The notes under the pieces: model-generated
Databases searched by the model: none
Told to the model about the DNA's origin: nothing
The model's input: only the letters and a program-made list of their open reading frames with translations
Translations under genes and position numbers: made by a program
In this document: positions 50,301-58,211 of the stretch, piece by piece
Layout: the number at the start of each line of letters is the position of its first letter
How positions within the stretch are numbered: the stretch's first letter is position 1
NCBI GenBank assembly: GCA_017536445.1
Contig: JAFXHJ010000018.1
Location: 30,772-94,771 of the forward strand
Origin: Clostridia bacterium
Lineage (GTDB): Bacteria > Bacillota > Clostridia > TANB77 > CAG-465
Reading direction: 5' to 3'
Length of the DNA stretch: 64,000 bases

Positions 50301-51058
50301 CAAGTAAATATAAAGAGTTTATAAATTTACCTGATGAAAATTGGAAAGAAGCTTTAAGCAAATATATATTAGCAAATAATATTGAAATAATGGACATTAT
50401 AAGTATACTAGAAAAGAAACTGGAAATAGTAAATGGTAACGTTGAAATAAAAAAACACACTGTAAGCAAAATTATCACTGAATTTACAGACGATGAAAGA
50501 ATACTTAATTTATTAATTAGACTAAAAATTGCTAGTATTGCTCAAATTATAGAATTATACAATGTAATGGATAATTACATTCAAAATAATAGTGTGTTAA
50601 GAACATTAAAAGATATAGTAGAACCAATGGAAGACAAAGTGAGTTTGGTAAGAGAAATAATTAATAAAGCCGAAGACTTAGAAATGTTAATAATTATTAC
50701 TAACGAATACAGTACTTCAGGACTTGAAACGGGCTTAATAGATTTATTAACTGAATATGAAAATAGCGACAGAGTAGTTAATGATGATTATAGAATGAGA
50801 TTGCTAGAAGTTGTAGCTAAAATCAACAAATCAAAAAAACAAATAGTAAACAAATTCTATATGTTGCTGATAGATGTACTAAACAGATTGCATGAAACAG
50901 ATGCAGAGAAGGTTGTTGAATTAATGAATATTGGTAAGAATAAATTAAATAAAAATTCAAGAAATACAGCGCTCAACAAATTAGAAGTGACAATATCAAA
51001 AATAGAAAACGAAGAAGAAAAAGAAAGAATCATTTCAAAGTTAAAAGATTTCACATAA
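47303..51058 (+). CDS. KAP-family P-loop NTPase with about 850-aa helical C-terminal extension
   Basis: Walker A GKWGTGKSS and the RINAWKYE block. TM helices are inserted between Walker A and Walker B (ALILGCGLPLCLIFLLCIFGIDFVL, AGAFIVTLIPLIYDCI). Walker B is ICIVEDIDRL. Monocistronic, lying between two strong terminators. Confidence 0.8.
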   Translation: MKENISNNYLMDKPIDRITKDEFDNKSIVDEIVHNIKSNEPPYNIALIGKWGTGKSSILECVENEFNKDEYLFVRINAWKYEKQEIRRAFIFEILNELPKISGKVNPIVVAIKETLNKVFSAKIEEDKSKATIKDISAKIFSNTMALILGCGLPLCLIFLLCIFGIDFVLSCFNIKIDNYNGIRLEMAGAFIVTLIPLIYDCIMKFCESKKPININVSEQVKDTNFYEEQMKVALAEYEKKKKEFKSIICIVEDIDRLNADKMVEAINALKSFIGTDKIIFIVPYDNNILSSVLERCKNSKISSNYEILEGEMILNKLFQYKIYMPELIQEDMYEFAKKQVSESTIPNLFKDKSILYDNILPVLMYEETKTPRDVKQLINSYIAKYNIAFSRGIVNCEAKEQLQLMAVLTVLENDFNEFYSEIVNYPNIIEYFLENKMTFEEKENDEESQINEEGLSLIYKRLKKDIYRGSKFKKLEAFLKYTKSINKDNIERLVYLNYSKIDKIGGGIASREFRSALINCNLNKAREYLSGISRVSELISRELSYRDFYKKKNIVITMVGLYKELSNIDVNERKNISMEIEKNLVLLDDQDIYELKMIDIIKIIEEFNYTNCNNLYAALRLKLYNWKPTYLYVEDETGEVIEDEKALLEEELTELIRIYSNVDNDIQREIKKIVESIGNYNQTEEDVQESETVYKFSDFFNCVLPTLGVEEYNILGEDFLKKALMLVIKNIINICDLQKIKEVYIANNDIDSFIKLLFATIEGEDERMILNVLENIQSDIPLLNRETKKIIFSTIEAYSESISQLDRDEYKVLDNVLSLICVDIIKDDEDNSIDAVLKSVEDNIYLTLTIISLANNNMLGKIEQTIRQINDKLVNEDEEYDEMFGKICKKYTNEEKSDLLEKLLSKINGYQGNISIIRTRFDVIKTTSNVSDICTKFVGEIANYVITKYNNIVDLERRKDMLQFCVENCKYLTEEEVIKFFDFLNNTVILNYPEITIEASKYKEFINLPDENWKEALSKYILANNIEIMDIISILEKKLEIVNGNVEIKKHTVSKIITEFTDDERILNLLIRLKIASIAQIIELYNVMDNYIQNNSVLRTLKDIVEPMEDKVSLVREIINKAEDLEMLIIITNEYSTSGLETGLIDLLTEYENSDRVVNDDYRMRLLEVVAKINKSKKQIVNKFYMLLIDVLNRLHETDAEKVVELMNIGKNKLNKNSRNTALNKLEVTISKIENEEEKERIISKLKDFT

Positions 51059-51069
51059 TAACAAACACT

Positions 51070-51106
51070 CAAAAATAATACAGCTAGTTTGGCTGTATTA
51101 TTTTTA
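51070..51106 (+). terminator. Rho-independent terminator after the KAP NTPase gene
   Basis: 13-bp stem AAAATAATACAGC/GCTGTATTATTTT. Confidence 0.8.
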
Positions 51107-51207
51107 TGCATAAATTTAGTGTTTACATAACAAAAGTTGCTTTTTTCGTTGAAAAAAAAGCTTGTCTATGGTAAAATAATATATGCGTGATGAAAAGAGG
51201 AGAAAAA

Positions 51208-51915
51208 ATGGAAGAAATCAATATTAAAGATTTATTTGAATTTTTTATATCAAAAATAAGAATAATAACATTAGTAGTATTAATTGTAGTTTTAATTGGT
51301 GCAGTATATTCATTATGCTTTCAAGAGCCAATGTTTGAATCTACAACTAATATGGTTCTAACAGGAACAGCTAGTGCTAGCGGTAGCACAACTAATATAG
51401 AAGGTGGAGAAGCTATTACTCAAAATGATATTAACTTAAATTCTAAGTTAGTTGCTACATATAGAGAGATTATTAAATCTAAAACTGTATTAAAAGATGT
51501 TATAAACACACTAGATCTTGAATACACAACTAAAGAATTATATAGAAATATAACTGTTTCAACAGTAGCAGATACTGAAATGATTAGTATTACAGTTAAG
51601 TCTTTAAATGCAGAAGAAGCAGCTAAAGTAACAAATAAGCTAGCTGAAATATTTAGTGAAAATATTAAAGAAATATATAACATAGAAAACATTTCTATAA
51701 TAGATAAAGCTGAAATAGAATCTGTACCTACAAACATAAATGTAGTTAAACAATTAATAATATATTTCCTAATTGGTTTTGTAGTTGCATGTGGTATAGT
51801 ATTTGTACTATTCTATTTTGATACTACATTAAAAGATGCTTCACAAATAGAAAAAATGGGATTTGTAGTTTTAACTTCAATTCCCGAAAGAATAGAAGAA
51901 GGAGGTAAGAAATAA
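51208..51915 (+). CDS. Wzz/CpsC-type chain-length determinant, tyrosine-kinase transmembrane modulator
   Basis: N- and C-terminal TM helices flank a periplasmic-type domain. It immediately precedes the CpsD-like kinase. The ATG at 51208 follows AAGAGGAG. Confidence 0.8.
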   Translation: MEEINIKDLFEFFISKIRIITLVVLIVVLIGAVYSLCFQEPMFESTTNMVLTGTASASGSTTNIEGGEAITQNDINLNSKLVATYREIIKSKTVLKDVINTLDLEYTTKELYRNITVSTVADTEMISITVKSLNAEEAAKVTNKLAEIFSENIKEIYNIENISIIDKAEIESVPTNINVVKQLIIYFLIGFVVACGIVFVLFYFDTTLKDASQIEKMGFVVLTSIPERIEEGGKK

Positions 51916-52577
51916 TGGCTAATATAATTTCACATAAGAATCCTAAATCTATAATTTCAGAAAGTATAAAAATACTACGTACAAATCTTCAATTCTCAAA
52001 TGTAGATGGTAGTCTAAAAACAATTATGATTACATCTTCAATATCTGGAGAAGGTAAGAGCTTTACTACAGCAAACCTTGCAGTATCATTTGCGGCACTT
52101 GGAATGAAAATTTTAGTTGTAGACTGTGATATGAGACGTGGAACACAACATAAACAATTTGGTGTAACAAATGCTAATGGTTTATCTGATCTTTTAATAG
52201 ATCCAGTTATGAACTTAGATAAATATGTAAAAAAAGTAGATATAGACAATGTTTCGTTAATAACTGCTGGTACAGTACCACCAAACCCAAGTGAATTATT
52301 AAGTTCAAATAGTTTTGCTAAATTCTTAGAATTAGTAAAAGCAAAATATGATATGGTTATTTTAGACGTTCCACCAGTAACTGTAGTTCCAGATGCATCT
52401 ATTGTTGCTACAAAAGTAGATAAGACAATAATTGTTTCTAGAATAAAAGTTACACCAATGGAAGAATTAGAAAAAACTAAAAAGATGTTAGAGAACGTAA
52501 AAGCTAACATTGCTGGTGTAGTAGTAAATGGTGTTAAAACATCTGCTAAAAAATACTATGGTAACTATTACAAATAA
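51915..52577 (+). CDS. CpsD/CapB-family BY-kinase (protein-tyrosine kinase)
   Basis: Walker A SSISGEGKS, Walker A' VVDCDMRRG, Walker B ILDVPP. C-terminal Tyr cluster KKYYGNYYK. Confidence 0.88.
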   Translation: MANIISHKNPKSIISESIKILRTNLQFSNVDGSLKTIMITSSISGEGKSFTTANLAVSFAALGMKILVVDCDMRRGTQHKQFGVTNANGLSDLLIDPVMNLDKYVKKVDIDNVSLITAGTVPPNPSELLSSNSFAKFLELVKAKYDMVILDVPPVTVVPDASIVATKVDKTIIVSRIKVTPMEELEKTKKMLENVKANIAGVVVNGVKTSAKKYYGNYYK

Positions 52578-52585
52578 GGAGTAAT

Positions 52586-53308
52586 ATGATAGATATACAT
52601 ACACATATATTACATGCGGTAGATGATGGTAGCGATGCTTTAGAAGAAAGTGTCGCTATATTACAATCTGCTGAAAGTGTGGGAGTAACAGATATAATTT
52701 GTACGCCACATTATTTAAGCCAAGAAGAATTTAATAAAAAACTTGTATTAAAAAGGTTTAATGAATTAAAAGAAGAAATAAAAAAGAAAAATATAAATAT
52801 TAATTTGCATTTAGGAACTGAAATTGCAGTATATGGAAGAGTAGATAAATTATTAGAGGATAAAGATTTAACTTCTTTAGCAGGATCTAAATATCTTTTA
52901 ATAGAATTTCCGATGGCAATAGATGTGGATTATGTTTTAGATACTGTGTATGAAATTAAAGTGCGTGGATTTATTCCAGTAATTGCACATCCAGAAAGAT
53001 GTGAATGCTTTAAAAGAGATTATAGCCTAATAACAAAAGCAATTAAAGAAGGTGCTTTAATACAATGTAACATAGACAGTTTATTAGGTGGAAATGGTAC
53101 TACGGCAAAAAGAATAATTAGAAGTTTACTAAAAGAACGCAAAGTAGATTTTCTTGTTACAGATATACATAGTATAACAAATAACAGATATGAACGTTTA
53201 CCTAAAGCTATGAAGAAAGTAGAAAAACTTGTAGGTAAAGAATATATGAATGAATTGTTTGAACACAATGCAAGAAAGATATTATTAAATGAAAATATAG
53301 AGGAGTAG
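52586..53308 (+). CDS. CpsB/YwqE-type PHP-family protein-tyrosine phosphatase
   Basis: MIDIHTHILHAVDDGS start, TPHY, AHPER, TDIH. Confidence 0.88.
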   Translation: MIDIHTHILHAVDDGSDALEESVAILQSAESVGVTDIICTPHYLSQEEFNKKLVLKRFNELKEEIKKKNININLHLGTEIAVYGRVDKLLEDKDLTSLAGSKYLLIEFPMAIDVDYVLDTVYEIKVRGFIPVIAHPERCECFKRDYSLITKAIKEGALIQCNIDSLLGGNGTTAKRIIRSLLKERKVDFLVTDIHSITNNRYERLPKAMKKVEKLVGKEYMNELFEHNARKILLNENIEE

Positions 53309-53311
53309 TTT

Positions 53312-54646
53312 ATGACAAAGAAAGTTTTCTCATTACTTTTTATAATATTTACAGCTAGTACAATTTTTTGTACTAGCGTTTTTGCTGCAACAAAGAACGA
53401 TATAATTTCTTTTGTAAATGCGCAATCAGTATGTGGAGATACGGGATTATTTAATTCATATAAAAAGACATTTACTAGACTTCTTAAACAAAAGGATTTA
53501 AGTGCGTCAGAATTAAATACAATATATTCGTATTTACAAAATGCAGTAGGCATTTTAAATAGTAAAGGTGTTTGTAAAATAGCAGATCTAAGTAAGTTAA
53601 CATCTGCAGAAAAGAAAAGTGTATATAACAGTCTTATGGCAGGAGCTAATATAATTACAAAAGCACCGCCTTTAGAAGATAAAGAGGAGGAAGTAGTAAT
53701 TCCAGAAACACCGGATAATAAAGAACCGGAAGGCAATACAGGTAATACTGGTAATACAGGAAATACTACTAAACCTACTACAAAACCAAATAGTAATAAA
53801 AATAATACTAACAAGAACAATACTTCAAAAGAAAATGAAGGAACTAAAATTACAATAAATACTCAAGATGGTACAATGGATATTTATGAAAATGGCGTAT
53901 TAGTAGATAAACTAGAAATGTCTAATGCTAAAATGACATATACTGGAGCTAATATGACATATGTACTAATATCTGTTACATGTATAGCTGTTTTTGGAGT
54001 ATCACTTTTAATATTTGTTAAGTTGTATGACATACATTCATCAAAAACTAGAATGGTAAAAAATATATTTGTGTCAGGAATGATTTGTTCTACTACAATA
54101 CTTTTAGTAGTATTGGTATTTGGAAGTAAAATAGAAAGCGCATTAGCAACAATAAATATGCTAAGTATATCTAACAGTAAAGAAGAAATACAAGTAGAAC
54201 TAAACGATAAACACGAGATAGTTAAATATCCATCATATGGAGCAGATTATGGTACTTTAAGTATACCTGAAGTAAATGTAGAAAATAAAATATATTTTGG
54301 GGATATGACTACAATATTATCTTTAGGAATTGGACATACAACATCAAGTTCAATGCCAACTGAAGGAGATACTGTAATATACAGTGGTCATAACAGAGAA
54401 AATATGTTAGCAGGACTTAAAGATATTAAAAAAGGAAATAAAATAACAGTAGATACAACATATGCTAAATGTACATATACAGTTGTTAAAACTGAAATTT
54501 TAAATGATACAGAAACAGGCAAACTAGCAAAACAAAATAACAAAGAAACTTTAATACTATACACATGCTATCCATTTGGTAGTTATGTATATACAAATAA
54601 AAGATTTGTTGTATATAGTGTGTTAGATAATGTAGAGTGGAAGTAG
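53312..54646 (+). CDS. Sortase-domain protein fused to an N-terminal secreted domain, low-complexity linker and two TM helices
   Basis: The C-terminal roughly 150 aa carry sortase catalytic signatures: SGH (His), LILYTCYP (TLxTC-type Cys) and NKRFVVY (Arg). N-terminal signal peptide. NTGNTGNTGNT linker. Confidence 0.7.
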   Translation: MTKKVFSLLFIIFTASTIFCTSVFAATKNDIISFVNAQSVCGDTGLFNSYKKTFTRLLKQKDLSASELNTIYSYLQNAVGILNSKGVCKIADLSKLTSAEKKSVYNSLMAGANIITKAPPLEDKEEEVVIPETPDNKEPEGNTGNTGNTGNTTKPTTKPNSNKNNTNKNNTSKENEGTKITINTQDGTMDIYENGVLVDKLEMSNAKMTYTGANMTYVLISVTCIAVFGVSLLIFVKLYDIHSSKTRMVKNIFVSGMICSTTILLVVLVFGSKIESALATINMLSISNSKEEIQVELNDKHEIVKYPSYGADYGTLSIPEVNVENKIYFGDMTTILSLGIGHTTSSSMPTEGDTVIYSGHNRENMLAGLKDIKKGNKITVDTTYAKCTYTVVKTEILNDTETGKLAKQNNKETLILYTCYPFGSYVYTNKRFVVYSVLDNVEWK

Positions 54647-54654
54647 GTGGCTAT

Positions 54655-55419
54655 ATGAAACAAATAATAGGAATATTTTTAATGATAGTACAAACAGTGC
54701 TAGGAATTGTACTTTGTATTGGAATAGCTACTGCTATAAACATGAATTCGGACACTGTATTAAAAGCGGTATACAAGGCAAATTATTTAGAAACAACATC
54801 ATCTGCTGCTAAAGAAACTTTAATGGGATATATGACAGAAGAAAAAGCAGATAGTATATTAAATGAAGTAAGTGTTAAATCTGAAATAAAAGAATTAGTT
54901 GGAGCTATGGACAACAATACTGTAGAAAAGAAAGCAGAAGCTATGAAAGCGGAAATGAATACTAAAGTTGTAATGTCTTTAGAAGATGATGTAGATGAAA
55001 ATTTAAAAGAGCAATTTGCAACTATTGTAAGTGATGCATATATGAAAACAATTTTCCCTATTTCAGAAATGAGCTTAGTAAGTAAATATTGTGCGCTATA
55101 TAAAAACAAAATAATTTTAGCAGTAGTTGTATTAGCGCTAATATATGGAATAATATTTGTAGCATTATCTAAAGGTAGAAAAACATATAAATGGCAAATA
55201 ATATCTATGTATAATACAATAGTATTTACATTAATAATATTTGCACTTCTTGGAACATTTACAAATATAACAATAGGAAACGAAAGAACAAGCGAAGTAA
55301 TAACAAACATTATAAAAAATGTAAGAGGAGATGTTTTAATTGCAGTAATAACAACATTATTGTTCGCCATAACATCTAACTATTTTGCATATTTTAGAAA
55401 AAAGAAAAGTAAACATTAA
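54655..55419 (+). CDS. Membrane protein of unknown function
   Basis: An N-terminal TM segment, a helical ectodomain of about 120 aa, then three C-terminal TM helices. The ATG at 54655 follows GTAGGTGG. Confidence 0.6.
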   Translation: MKQIIGIFLMIVQTVLGIVLCIGIATAINMNSDTVLKAVYKANYLETTSSAAKETLMGYMTEEKADSILNEVSVKSEIKELVGAMDNNTVEKKAEAMKAEMNTKVVMSLEDDVDENLKEQFATIVSDAYMKTIFPISEMSLVSKYCALYKNKIILAVVVLALIYGIIFVALSKGRKTYKWQIISMYNTIVFTLIIFALLGTFTNITIGNERTSEVITNIIKNVRGDVLIAVITTLLFAITSNYFAYFRKKKSKH

Positions 55420-55437
55420 TTGAAATAAAATATTAAA

Positions 55438-55477
55438 TAAAAGCACAGTAGCGGAGAATTAGCTACTGTGCTTTTCT
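55438..55477 (+). terminator. Rho-independent terminator
   Basis: 12-bp stem AAGCACAGTAGC/GCTACTGTGCTT, followed by TTTC. Confidence 0.8.
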
Positions 55478-55609
55478 AATATATTACAACAATATTACGC
55501 CAACATTACAATTAGATTAAAGTTGATAGAGTTAATAAAAAAATGTCGAAATTTTATAGAAAATGACAAAAATTTAGTATATTCTATTGAAGACAGGAGT
55601 GTTAATATT

Positions 55610-56218
55610 ATGATTAATAAAGTTAAAAAAATCTTTGGTATTATAGTTCTAGTAATTTTATTAGTTGTACTTTTTGTTAACAGTGTTATATTAATAGACT
55701 CGGTTATATTTCCGGATAGCGTTCCATCGTTTTTTGGATGGAAGCCATTTATAGTTTTATCAGGATCTATGGAAACTGAAATATATTCTGGTGATCTAGC
55801 AATAGTAAAAGAAGTAGATGCAAGCAAAATAAAAGAAAATGATGTTATTGCATTTAAATCTGGTAATATTGTTGTTACACATAGAGTAATTGAAATTGTA
55901 AATGAAGGCGGAGTAACTAAGTATAAAACAAAGGGAGATAACAATAACATAGAAGATGAGGGTTATGTGTTAGCGGAACAAATTGAAGGATTATATCAAT
56001 TCAAAGTGAGTAGAATGGGTAATCTAGCTATGTTTACACAAACGCCAATTGGAATGATTGTTTGCTTATCTATACCGTTAGGTTTATTAGTTATAATTCA
56101 AATGACTGATTCTAAAGATAATAAAAAGTATCAAAAAGAAAGCGCTAATAAAGAAAAAGAATTACAAGAAGAGATTGAAAAATTAAGAAAGCAAAATGAA
56201 GAACTAAAGAAAAAATAG
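55610..56218 (+). CDS. sipW: SipW-type (ER/archaeal-type) signal peptidase I, copy 1, with C-terminal TM and charged coiled-coil tail
   Basis: LSGSMETEIYSGDLAIV, VTHRV, TKGDNNN. C-terminal TM segment GMIVCLSIPLGLLVII. The ATG at 55610 follows AGGAG. Confidence 0.85.
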   Translation: MINKVKKIFGIIVLVILLVVLFVNSVILIDSVIFPDSVPSFFGWKPFIVLSGSMETEIYSGDLAIVKEVDASKIKENDVIAFKSGNIVVTHRVIEIVNEGGVTKYKTKGDNNNIEDEGYVLAEQIEGLYQFKVSRMGNLAMFTQTPIGMIVCLSIPLGLLVIIQMTDSKDNKKYQKESANKEKELQEEIEKLRKQNEELKKK

Positions 56219-56311
56219 TTAAATGGATTAGATTAATTATAAAAAGTGGGAGGTGAAAAAATGAGAAAAAGGTTTAACACCAGTACAAATAAAAAGGAGG
56301 AAAAAACAAAA

Positions 56312-58189
56312 ATGAAAAAAAATAAATTAAACTTACTAAGAGTTATTAACGTCGTTTTATTAATTACGATGGTAGCGACAATCTTAGTATCTGGCACTTA
56401 TGCTAAATTTACAAGCAGAGCGTCAGGAACTAGCGCAGTAGTTGTTGCAAATTGGTCATTTATGGTTGGTGAACAAGATATTACAGTTTTAGGCTCAGAA
56501 GATGAGATAGAATTTGATTTGTTCACAACAGCAACTATAAAAGATAGCGATGGTAGTGACGAAGAAGATGTAGCAGAAGGATTAATAGCACCAGGAACAT
56601 CTGGAAAATTTGAATTCGTTCTTTCTAATACATCTGATGTTGTTACGGAGTATAAAATACAATTAAGCGCTGAAAATGAAAATAATATTCCAATAGAATT
56701 TTCTTATACAGGTGAAGAAGGTTCTTGGACAAAAGATTTAAACAATCTGATTGAAACTAATATATTAAATATTAATGGAACAAAAAATGTAGTAGTTCAA
56801 TGGAGATGGCCATTTGATGGTGAAGCTGATACTGCATTAGGAACAGCAACAGAGACTCCAACAATAACAGTAACAGCAAGCATAACTGCTACACAAACAA
56901 ATAGTATAACTTCATCTACACAATATGTAGAAAAACAACTTTTTACGGATATTGAAAACGTGACAACAACAACGGCTATTAGCAATATGACTGCCGTTAC
57001 CCTTAGTGCGGGACCATATGTATATCAAGATGTAAATGTGTTTTCAGGTAAAACAATTACAAAGATAGGTATACCGGTTAAATCCGTAAGTGATTTAAAT
57101 ACGCCTCAAACATTTACATTATATGTAGTTGATAAAGAAGCGTTAGCTAATAAAAGTGATTTAAAGCCAGCGACAATAGCGCAAACACATATGTTGACAC
57201 TACCTAAAGAACAACTAGGAGATACTACAACTGTTAATAAAATGGTATATGTAAATGTAAATATTACTCTTGCAGAGAATCAAACTTTGGCTTTCTGTTC
57301 TGAGAATGATACCGTAATATGGGGATTTCTTCGTTACAATTCGTCAGCGGTTATTGGAAATCAATACAAATTTATTGCAGGAAGTCTAACATCACCAGCT
57401 ACTAATAATGGAAACATAATTTTTGACATTTATGTAAGAGAAGAAGTAGAAGTTATAGACCCTGACGACGAAACAGAATCACCTTTAAAAACAGCTTTAA
57501 AAGGCAAAAATCTATCAATATTAGGTGATAGTATAAGTACATATGATGGTTATTCTAATAATTCAAGTACCACAAATACTACAATAGGAAGTAATAAAGT
57601 TTATTATACAAGTTCTTTAGGAAGTCCTATTACCGATGTTAATATGACTTGGTGGATGCAAGCTGCAAACGAAACTGGAATGAATGTGTTAGTAAATAAT
57701 TCATATTCTGGAGATACTATAGCAAACAGAGGAAAAACAAGAGCAATGCAATTGCATGATGATACAGGTGATAATTCGGGTACTAATCCGGATATTGTTG
57801 CAGTATATATAGGTATTAATGATGTTAAAAATACTAGCAATCTTAGCACTACAGTATTTGGAGACAACTATACTACGATGGTAACAAATATTAAAACAAC
57901 ATATCCAGATGCGGATATATTTGTATTTACACTTCCACCTTATACGGCTCCAAATGCAACAGTTCCATCAATGGGAGCTGATGAGATTGAAGTATATAAT
58001 CAAGTAATTAGAAATGTTGCAAACGAAAATGGTTGTACTATAGTTGATATTTTCAACGATAGCGGTATTACTGAAGACAACTATCTTTCAGATTATATGT
58101 GGGATACAGGATTACATCCAAACGAAGCAGGTATGGATGCAATAACAGAAACATTTATTTCTGCTTTAAGCAGCAAATATTTAAATTAA
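56312..58189 (+). CDS. TasA/camelysin-like N-terminal module fused to a central beta-rich region and a C-terminal SGNH/GDSL hydrolase domain
   Basis: The SipW-type signal ends VSGTYAKFTS. Module blocks APGTSGKFEFVLSN, VQWRWPF, SITATQ. SGNH blocks LGDSIS, NNSYSGDT, IGINDV, DTGLHPN. An alternative upstream ATG lies at 56261. Confidence 0.75.
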   Translation: MKKNKLNLLRVINVVLLITMVATILVSGTYAKFTSRASGTSAVVVANWSFMVGEQDITVLGSEDEIEFDLFTTATIKDSDGSDEEDVAEGLIAPGTSGKFEFVLSNTSDVVTEYKIQLSAENENNIPIEFSYTGEEGSWTKDLNNLIETNILNINGTKNVVVQWRWPFDGEADTALGTATETPTITVTASITATQTNSITSSTQYVEKQLFTDIENVTTTTAISNMTAVTLSAGPYVYQDVNVFSGKTITKIGIPVKSVSDLNTPQTFTLYVVDKEALANKSDLKPATIAQTHMLTLPKEQLGDTTTVNKMVYVNVNITLAENQTLAFCSENDTVIWGFLRYNSSAVIGNQYKFIAGSLTSPATNNGNIIFDIYVREEVEVIDPDDETESPLKTALKGKNLSILGDSISTYDGYSNNSSTTNTTIGSNKVYYTSSLGSPITDVNMTWWMQAANETGMNVLVNNSYSGDTIANRGKTRAMQLHDDTGDNSGTNPDIVAVYIGINDVKNTSNLSTTVFGDNYTTMVTNIKTTYPDADIFVFTLPPYTAPNATVPSMGADEIEVYNQVIRNVANENGCTIVDIFNDSGITEDNYLSDYMWDTGLHPNEAGMDAITETFISALSSKYLN

Positions 58190-58211
58190 TAATGAAAAGG
58201 GGTAAAAAATT

